Translations under genes and position numbers: made by a program
From: Takakia lepidozioides
Taxonomy: Eukaryota > Plantae > Bryophyta
Assembly: GCA_030704615.1 (NCBI GenBank)
Contig: CM060732.1
Coordinates: 19,034,001 to 19,098,000, forward strand
DNA length: 64,000 nt
Direction: 5' to 3'
Notes under the pieces: model-generated
Told to the model about the DNA's origin: nothing
What the model saw: only the letters and a program-made list of their open reading frames with translations
Database searches by the model: none
Part shown: in pieces, positions 13,990 through 23,135 of the stretch
How the letters are laid out: every line of letters starts with the position of its first letter
Position numbering within the stretch: the first letter of the stretch is position 1

Positions 13990-14590
13990 CTCCGCTACTC
14001 TTTTTCAAGGATGCCGTGCCGCCGAAATCCAGCCAGACTGCCCTTATCATGGCCACGATTATGCTATGTTCAAACCAGAATCAGGAGACATTATTGTCTG
14101 GCTCTCTGTTTTCACAGACGCTGCTGGAATCAAGCAAGAGTCTTTGCGCGCAATGGAGTATCTGGAGGGCTATTACCGCTTTGAGCGAGGTGAGGGCGAG
14201 GGTCAATGCGGTCCGTGGGTCCTGAAAATTGTTGACCTCGATATACCAAGCTGGAAAGGGATGCCGGACAGATCACGCACGGCCTCGCTTTGGCGCTGGA
14301 ACTGCTGCCAGTGGACTAGGGAGGACGGCACCGGGGAAAACTATATACGTGCAGATCACTCCGCTCTTCCAGTGTATGAAGACATTCGGCTGAGTTGCGA
14401 AGACGAATTGCACGGGCACATGAGGCCCACAGTGACCTTGTCAATGTATGATGGTGGTATCATTGATGGACATGACATTGTCGTCGGCTCAAGCAAGGGC
14501 AGCAGAACGACCGAATTGCAGTTTACCTCGAGGTGCCGCAGCAGTGATGAGCTTGTTTTGAGGGGTATCGAAGTTCCGTCGACTTGGTGA
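13990..14590 (+). CDS. Orphan cargo protein B, paralog of A (frameshift near 14035)
   Basis: Shared blocks R.SF.RMPC.RN..DCP..G.DYAM....SGDI..W, PW.L.I...D.PS..G.P.R.R.A.L.RWNCC.W, Y.DIR, DGG.I.G.DIVV, ELVLR..EVP. Confidence 0.65.
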
Positions 14591-14807
14591 AGCCCATGTA
14601 GAAGGAGGAAGGGCTTAGTTTTGTCTGCAGTTGGTAAATGTGAGACATCGTGTCCAATCAATAAACCCATCGTACCTCACTTCTGTATGATTGTGTTTCA
14701 TTATGTTGAATAACTGTCGGAATTGGCCCACTGTTTACAATTTGATGTCTCATTTCTACAATTTGTGTGTCCGGATGAATATACCAGAGTAACGCCATGT
14801 CGGACAT

Positions 14808-15563
14808 GGAAATGCGGCACCGCATTTCCATGTCGGACATTGGAATGCGTTGCCGCATTTCCATGCCGACATGGAAATGTATGAACCGCATTTCAGTGTC
14901 GGACAATGGAATGCGGTGCATCATTTCCGTCCAGGTACACGAAATACCAACACGGGTCTATAAATTGGACAGACAACGAGGTTGGCATTGCAAATGCGGC
15001 GACGCATTCCCAGCTTGGCAATGGAAACTTCTTTTTGGACAAGGGAATGCGGTGCCGCATTTCCGTCCAACACTTCGAAAAGTGCACCCATTTCCGACCA
15101 GCTCGATGGAATGCGTTACCGCATTTCCGTGAGAGGGTCTGCAAATGGACAAATTGCGATGTCCGTTCTGGAAATGTGGCGCCGCATTTCCATGTCCGTC
15201 ATCGACTTTTTTTTGACAATGGAATGCGGTGCCAGTTTTTGCTGATGGGCCTGCAGTTCGAACAACGACCATCCCCAATATGGAAATGCGGCACCGCATT
15301 TCCAATTCCGCCATCTCGACCTCCTTGTTCGACCTCTGTAAGCGTGGTGGCATCCATGCAATGAGCGGGAGAGGCCAAAACTGGCGTGTGGACAAAGGAA
15401 ATTTTGGAAATGCGGCACCGCATTTCCAATCGGCCGATTACTTTTTACTATGCCAACATGAAATGGAAATTTTTTCCCTCCCCTGTTTTGGAAATGCGGT
15501 GCCGCATTTCCAAAAGAGGTTTTTAGAGTTGCCAAAATTTTGGAAATGCGGTGCCCCATTTCT
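14808..15563. repeat. Palindrome array 1: about 13 copies of GGAAATGCGGYRCCGCATTTCC, irregular spacing
   Basis: Copies near 14808, 14841, 14873, 14908, 14990, 15043, 15107, 15170, 15221, 15282, 15406, 15491, 15542. Confidence 0.92.
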
Positions 15564-15699
15564 GATTTTGGGAGCGTCGTGGTTTGGGCGATTGTGTGGC
15601 TGGAATGCACACTGGAGAGGGGTCACGAATGTCGGGGAGAATTTCCTTTATATACTCTGGAAGAGAATTTACATTTACAGAGACTTCATTAAAATTCTA

Positions 15700-16188
15700 T
15701 TAATCTTGAAAATCATCCGAATCCTCATCCTGTTCTACACTGTCCTGCTCCGCCTCCACCCCCTCAGTGCCTTTCTCATCTCCAGCGGACTGCTCGTTGG
15801 CCAGGCTTTCGAAAATCCCATCTTCCCCTTGCGGAACTGTCCATCTCACCTCCGTTGGGTCGTCTTCCTCCCTGTCTGCGTCGCTCTCATCCGCTGAATC
15901 ACATATGTACTTTCGTACCCGTCTACCTGTCTGAGCTGCTGCCAACTCTTTCCTTATCCTTCTGTCCTCCCTAGCCCTCTCCAAAATCTGCTCTACTTTA
16001 CTGGGATTCTCACTTCTTCTAATCGCTGTATTTGCGAGTTTAGCTGCATAACTAGGAAGGGAGTAGTCCCTCACCGGGCTCGTCATGAAGTCGGCCCTCG
16101 CAAAGAACGGGACATTCTTCCTGGCAGGAAGTGTAGGCCCTACATGTTTCGACCCGGACCCTGCAATCCTGCACATGACAATCATCAA
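15700..16188 (-). CDS. Small hypothetical cargo protein, basic helix then acidic tail
   Basis: 162-aa ORF with protein-like composition (KVEQILERAREDRRIRKELAAAQ...DESDADREEDD); no family recognised. Confidence 0.4.
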   Translation of the reverse strand: MMIVMCRIAGSGSKHVGPTLPARKNVPFFARADFMTSPVRDYSLPSYAAKLANTAIRRSENPSKVEQILERAREDRRIRKELAAAQTGRRVRKYICDSADESDADREEDDPTEVRWTVPQGEDGIFESLANEQSAGDEKGTEGVEAEQDSVEQDEDSDDFQD

Positions 16189-16269
16189 CGAGACTAATGA
16201 GAACCACAGTCGGGAAATTCGTTTGACAAAAATGACCCAGAAGGCTTTGCAAACTTACAATGTTTGCAC

Positions 16270-19200
16270 TCACTCGTATTCCGGGTTCTCCTCCGCATCA
16301 ATGTCCACTGTGTCTTCCTCGGACTCCGACGAATCCGAGGAGACTTCCGCTCTGTTGGGAGCCTTAACATTCCGTTGCAGCCCTTCCAGATGGGATCCCC
16401 ACACGGATGAATCCTCCTCGTAGGCAAAGAGGTGCCGGTCGGAAAACCGCCCAGCCCACATTGAGGCACCTGTTACAATGCCATCCACACATTACCACAT
16501 GGCGCTTCAGATGTTGCGAACTACATCCTAACGAGAATTTGCAGAACAGCATAGATCAAGATTCTGCATACCTGTCCCACAGATGAGGTCGAGCACTGTG
16601 CCCTCCACGTCTGTGCATGTCTCCATAATTGTCTGAATGAAGGCAGGGCTCCGAGTCCGTGAGTACCGCAGGGGTTCCGTTGAAGTGAGGCTATGAGGGA
16701 GAAGTTCCTTGGGAACGTTGTTGAACAGAACGTCGTAATCGAGGGGGTCGCAGTTCGGGTCAACCTTTCCTCCCTCCTTCCGGAAAGCAAAGGTGGAGTT
16801 CTCCTTCACAAAGCAGTATGCATCGAACTTCGTCTGCATACACAGGGGGAACGATTAGAAACCGAATGCGGCACCGCATTTGAAAACACCCAAGCAAATG
16901 AATGGACGAGTGCCAGTGTCGTAATCACCTTCTTCCCTTCCGACCGAAGGCCCAGTGTGTTGATGCACGTCCACTTCTTTTTCAGAATCGGGACGGCGCT
17001 CTTGCGGGTCCACTTCGCAATTCCTGTCTGAGTGTTTTTCCTCTGCTCGCCAGGACAACCACACAGCCTCTGTCGTCCAACACCATGCGGGCAAGCCCGA
17101 ATCCTTTCTTCCAAAAGTCCTCCGAGTACCTGTTCCAAGATGGCAAAGCTTGCAGTCCTTCCACAGGCTCTCCGTCCGGAATATCCAAGATGATCATATC
17201 GCAAGACCACTCGGTGGCATTTCCGCCCCTCCTACAATCCTTGTCTGCACACACCCTCTCAAAGAACGAGACCATATTCTGAAATCCTGGGGTGTCGGAA
17301 GGCTCTTCGGCAGTCGCCTTCTTCAGTGCTCTGCCCTTCAGACCCTCCATGGTCTTCATGTATGCCAACTTGGCTGCCCGTCCATCCAAAGCCGCCAAGA
17401 AACTCTCATTTACACACTGGACTACTGTTTCGGGAGCCACTTTCGGCCTCTTCATTTCCACCGGCTCGAAAGGGTGCCCCCCTGGGGGGTTGAAGAGTGC
17501 CTTCTTTGCCGAGCCAGTTCTCGTGCCTCTCGTGACAACGGTGGGCACAGGGGAGGCAGCCTGCGTTTGGGGGGGTGGGCTGGTTGCAAAGTCTCCATCG
17601 GAGTCCTCTTCCTCACCCTCTTCCTGAACAGGCTGTTTCTGCTTCTTCGTTTTGGCGGGTGTCACAACAGCTGCTCCTTGCTGGCGAGTCCTCTTCTTCG
17701 ACCCCTTCTGTTGGGCCTGCACAGCTGCATCCACCGTCTTTTGTGCCATCTCAGCTGCCTTTCTGGATTCTTCCAGAGCAGCAGATTCCTTTGCCGACTT
17801 TGGCCCAGCAGGGACACGTCTTTCCTTTCTCTTCTCTTCTGCCAAGGCGTGCAGATCTTTCTCAGACTCGTCAACAATACCGCCAGACATGTCCAGGTAC
17901 CAGGGGCATCCAACGAGATGCGCGGGATGCCATTGTTTCTGCATCTCGGGTGTGTAGACACAGCTTGGGCCCGCCACGGTCCAAGCCATGAAGAACGGGG
18001 GCTCTTGAGCCAGGGCCCCTGTCTGAAGGAGCACGTATTTCATATACCTGCAAGGCAGTCAGCATGCGTGAGCATAAGATTGGATGAACCTACTGGCAGA
18101 GTGCCACCGAAAACATAAAATGCGAATGCGGTGCCGCATTTCCGAGACAAACCTCGTAACCAGGCTTCGCATACAAGGGCAGCTGTGCTTCACCTGTAAA
18201 CAATTCGCATTGCAGCTTTCCCCGCTCCCTCCTGATGTGTAAACTCCACGCTCCTTCTTGCTGTCTGTAGCTCTCTGGCGAAAAGGTTGTCCTTGTACGC
18301 ACATCTGAAACGTGTCACGTAGTCTTCCAATGTCTGTGTTCCATCCCATTTGACGTACAAGCCGAACGAATTTGTGTGCATTACGACTTGCTCCTTCGCA
18401 TTCGACATTACCTGCGATTCCCAAATGCATTGTCACGTAGCAGTTCAGGGAATTCATTTCAGAAAAGCAAATCTGGGGAAGTACCTTGAATTACCTGGAA
18501 CCACCAAGTCATGCGGTTGAGCCACACATCCACTGCAGGGTCGGAAACTTCGAGTGGAAAAGACCACATTGTCCTTATGCTCTCGGATGCATTCCAGATC
18601 GACAGCCACCGTGTCTGCCATTTCCGATCCAATGTCAGGAGCTGGAAGAGAGTGGCTATTGCTAGGAAGGAACTTCAGTGCATTGAAACCTCACCTTCTC
18701 TTTCGCCTCAACACATGCCGTTGAGAGGTGATGCAGTTTCTCCAATTGCATGGTCGGCTGCATGGCCCGAGAATAGTGTTTTGCAATCTCGGGGATGAAG
18801 TCCTTTCCAAGTGCCGGATCTGCAATTGCCACCAGCTTCACAAGCTTTGACTTGTATTTGGTTCTGGACTTGACACCGGCTTCCTTCAAGTGCTCAGTCA
18901 ATGACTGCAACGTTTTGACCTGCCCCTCACTTTCCATGAAGAAGCGTTTGGCATGGGCCAAATCCAGCTTGATGTTTGACTGCCAACAAAAACATGCAGA
19001 AGCGTTACATTCGATTCATGTGGAAAGATTACTGGAAATTGGGGAAGGATGAGCAGAGGGAAATTGGAGGACGACTTACTTCGTATATCACCTCCACCAT
19101 TCCATCCATAGTGAGACGATACCATGTCCGGTCTGTTTTTGCAACGGCTTTCTGAATGAGCTCGGGCTCCAGCATTTCCGCAAACATCTGCGGATCAGTG

Positions 19201-20618
19201 AGACCAGTTTTCCTCACCCTGTACAGCATATGTGCCATGTGGGTATGCACGTACGCATTCTCAGTGACCCTGCAAGGCACACTCTCCAGTTCAGTACACG
19301 GAAGCACGGAAACAAACCAGAATGGAAACCGAAATGCGGCACCGCATTTCGAACGTGCTAGGGAGGGTATGAGTATCTTACGAGTTGAGGTCCGCCATGG
19401 CATTCTTGAGCAGGGAGGAGTCTGCCGCCTTCACCTTCAGGATGACACACTCCACCATGTAATGCCAGCCAATGTGCTTGGCATGGTTCTGCTTGATGTA
19501 CTCCCACCAGGCAAGAAGTCGGTGATTCCCGTCCCACACAAAGAACATTTTACCCGACATATGGCCGAAGTCTGGATCACCCTTCAGCGTCGCCTCGAAT
19601 TCGTCGTTGCGAGTGTGCCAGTGGGTATCCCACGTTGACAATTCATCGGCAGTGGGTCCACGAGTTTCGCCGTCCTCATTCTCAATGGAAACGTAAAACG
19701 CTGCCGATCCCAGACGGTACCCTTCTCGAAATGCGAACTTGAGCTTATCCACATCTCCGGGAAGGGCCTGCCTGACGATGGGAAGGGAGACCATGCGACA
19801 GAGTGGGATTCGAAGAGTCCGCTGGAATACCCTGCTGCCCAGAACTCTGCCAATGCTACTGTGTGTCTCCTCCAACATTTTATCCGCTGCACTTTTGAAA
19901 TCCTCCGGAGACATGTCTGTAGGTGCCGGTAGTGGCTGAGCAGCTGGAGCATCCTCAACTGGAGCTGCACTCTGGGCCTGTTTGCGGGCAATTCTGCCAT
20001 TGCAGAGGCCTCCTCCGGGCCTGCTTGCTCATCGGTGGTGAGGTCTTGCTGCGAACGTTGAGCGGCAGCACCCTCCTCCGGTACCAAATCGACAAAAACG
20101 GTCGATCCCATTGCCTTCGCTGCAGCAGAGACGGCCCCAACATCTGCAGGCGAGAAATCCTCCAGGAACTGAGCTTCAGCTCGTGGAAGCGGTTTTGCGG
20201 GAGATTGTTCGGCCGTCGCCCTGATTGCCTTCTGCTTCCTCATCCTTGCAGGTGAAGGTGTCTGCTGCAATTGAATCTGTCTTTTACCCTGCTGCTTCAT
20301 TCGCGTTGGGGGGGGTGAATCGGCCTGAGCCGGTTCAGAAACCAGTAGAGGGACGGGCTGCTTCTTCTTCGACTTTGCTGGAGAAGGGCCCGACCCCTGC
20401 TGGCGATTCTCCATGACCAAAGAACGCGAGTCGATCTCTGGGGCTTTGAACTTGCCCTTCGAAGCCGCGTCTTTGAAACGCACAGGGCTAGGCCCGGCAG
20501 GAATACCCGCGCTCGGGGATCGGGTGGGTGTACGTGCTGCAGCTAGCTCCTCGGACTCTTCCTGCGATCCCTCCAGCACGTCCACCTTTCCTGTTAGGCA
20601 TGCAAACATGTTCTGCAT
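16270..20618 (-). CDS. ParB/Srx-like domain plus beta-class N6-adenine/N4-cytosine DNA methyltransferase-like fusion, about 1,200 aa; proposed exons 20618-19382, 19269-19080, 18979-18696, 18644-18495, 18411-18194, 18047-16929, 16833-16572, 16469-16270 (5' end uncertain)
   Basis: FFVWDGNHRLLAW (19519-19533); SCDMIILDIPDG (motif IV-like, 17174-17185); RSPAFIQTIMETCTDVEGTVLDLICGTG/ASMWAGRFSDRHLFAYEED (motifs X-I-II-like) joined by phase-correct intron 16470-16571. Other introns are GT-AG and phase-compatible; two 1-nt shifts fall in A runs (near 19982 and 17021). Confidence 0.78.
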
Positions 20619-21235
20619 TCAAGTCTCCTAGCATTCAGTCTAAGAATTACAGAAGCAAAATGGGGGGTTCGGTGCTCGATCAGCTGCGCGCAGCCCGATC
20701 GCATGGAGCTCTCACTGGTGGCTGGGTTGCCTGAGTGGCCTGCTGCTCGGAGATGGCAATCTCCTCCTGTAGACGCATCTGCTTCCTCCCCTTCGGCATT
20801 GGCCTACGTCCGAAGTATAATTTTCGGAGCTTGCGACGAGGTCTCCTGTCTGGTGCACGAACTCCCCCCCTCTCAGGTTCGAGCATAAGAAGAACAGAGA
20901 CAGGGAAAAGGGGCAAAGAGTGCAGATGGAAAGGGCGCGAGAGGGGTGACTGAGGAGACACGACAAAAGTAGATGAAACGGCGGTGATGCACCACTTGGG
21001 TTCGAAAGGGTTGGACGAAAGTGTCTCCTCGTGGACTTTGCGTCATTACGAAATTCGAATCGTTCAGGGTACGCCTGCCGTCCGAAAAACAAACATCATT
21101 ATCCAACGGTCAGGCCCCGCCGCCTCATGCCACTTCAGTCAGATAGAGTGCCGACATGTGCCGCAATTCCGTTGCTCCACGTGTTCACATTTCAAGGCAT
21201 TTCCGTCCCAGCGTCTGATGAGTTGGAGTGAAAAT

Positions 21236-22707
21236 GCGAATGCGGCGCCGCATTTCCGTTAAGTACCATCACGAAGCTACACATCCGTACTTGTTGGAAG
21301 AAAATGCGGCACCGCATTTCCGTTCCACCTTCACATACCTTAGTTGTTGAACGGAAATACGGTGCCGCATTTCCGTCCCACAGCTCCATGTATGAGATAC
21401 AAAAGGGAAATGCGGCGCCGCATTTCCGTTCTGGAATGTCGAAAGGTGCGATTCGGACGGAAATGAGGCACAACATTTCAGTTCCCGTGGTTCATGATTT
21501 TCAATGTGAACGGAAATGCGGTACCGCATTTCCGTTCCCCCTTCACATACCTTAGTTGATGAACGGAAATGCCGTGCCACATTTCCGTTCGGGAAAGTAT
21601 AGAGGTCTCACCTGAACAGAAATGCGGTGCCGCATTTCCGGTCTGGAAAGTTTGAAGGTCTCACATGGATGGAAATGCGGCACCACATTTCCGTCCCACA
21701 GCTCCAGGCCTCATATACAAAACGGAAATGCGGCGCCGCATTTCCGTTCTAGAATGTCGGAAGGTGCGACTCGGACGGAAATGCGGTGCCGCATTTCTGT
21801 TCCCGTTGTTCACGATTTTCAGTCAGAACGGAAATGCGGTACCGCATTTCCGTTCTGTAGAGTATTAAGGTCTGACCCTGGCGGAAATGTTGTGCCGCAT
21901 TTTTGTTCCACAGCTCCATGCCTCACATACCAAACGGAAATGCGGCGCCGCATTTCCATTTTGGAATGTCGGAAGGTGCGACTCCGACGGAAATGCGGTA
22001 CCGCATTTCAGTTCCGATGGTTCACGATTTTCAGTCAGAACGGAAATGCGGTACCGCATTTCCGTTCTGGATAGTATGAATGTCTCAAGTGGTCGGAATT
22101 GCGCTGTCTCAAGCGGTCGGAATTGCACTTGGCTCCATGCAGCAGATACAAAATGGAAATGCGTCGCCGCATTTCCGTTCTGGAATGTCGGAAAGTGCGA
22201 CTCCGACAGAAATGCGGTGCCGCATTTCTGTTCCCGTTGTTCATAATTCTCAATCAGAACGGAAATGCGGTACCGCATTTCCGTTCCACCTTCACATACC
22301 GTGCTTGTTGGATGGAAATGCGTTACCGCATTTCCGTTCTGGAGAGTATGAATGTCTTGTGAGGACGGAAATGTGGTGCAGCATTTCTATCCCTCAGCTC
22401 CATGCATCAGATACAAAATGGAAATGCGGCGCCGCATTTCCGTTCTGGAATGTCGGAAAAGTGCGACTCGGACGGAAATGCGGTGCCGCATTTCTGTTCC
22501 CGTTGTTCATAATTCTCAATCAGAACGGAAATGCGGTACCGCATTTCCGTTCCACCTTCACATACCGTGCTTGCTGGATGGAAATGCGTTACCGCATTTC
22601 CGTTCTGGAGAGTATAAAGGTTTCCCCCGGACGGAAACTCGGTGCCGCATTTCCGTCGCTCTGGTGCATGACCAAGATGCAATACGGAAATGCGGCGCCG
22701 TATTTCC
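21236..22707. repeat. Palindrome array 2: about 28 units, 53-bp period (22-bp palindrome + 31-bp spacer), higher-order 4-5-mer structure
   Basis: Starts at 21353, 21406, 21459, 21512, 21565, 21618, 21671, 21724, 21777, 21830, 21883, 21936, 21989, 22042, then 22155, 22208, 22261, 22314, 22367, 22420, 22474, 22527, 22580, 22633, 22686. Confidence 0.95.
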
Positions 22708-23135
22708 GTCCACCAGCAATCGAAAGAATCACTCGGGACGGGAAATCTGGAAATCATGCTGAACCTGAATGGGTTGCATTGTTCCGAAACAACACAATTG
22801 CGGCCAGTCTTGATGAGCACAACTTGGTTGTCTGACCGTTTTAACTAACAGTACTGGCACTTGTCAGTGCGAACGTTCCTGTCTGCACCGAGAATACTGC
22901 TGGATCCACCCTCAGGAGAAACTGTCAGGAGATGTTATTTCGTCGCCGAATCGGCCATCATTGTCATACTTACTGGCTATGGAATCAAACCTCCCACCTT
23001 CATGCATGTAGCTTGAAACAATACTTTCCACTTCAATGTGCGACTTCCAATCGTCGATGGACTCCGCATGGTGCCTGTGAGCCTTGGTCTGTCGCTATAC
23101 TGAACCTCGCACTTGCCAACTTCGTGCGGTGTTCG

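Noticed and set aside
14658-15897. Overlapping ORFs with MRCRIS/KCGAAFP/GNAAPHF repeats (also 21192-22835)
   Set aside because: These are translations of the stop-free DNA palindrome in all six frames.
16270-20618. Bacterial or phage contamination as the source of the ParB-MTase
   Set aside because: The gene has phase-consistent GT-AG introns and lies within TSD-bounded eukaryotic transposons.
21236-22707. CRISPR array
   Set aside because: The repeat-spacer geometry is similar, but spacers recur in a higher-order pattern, no cas genes are present and the context is an intron-containing plant transposon.
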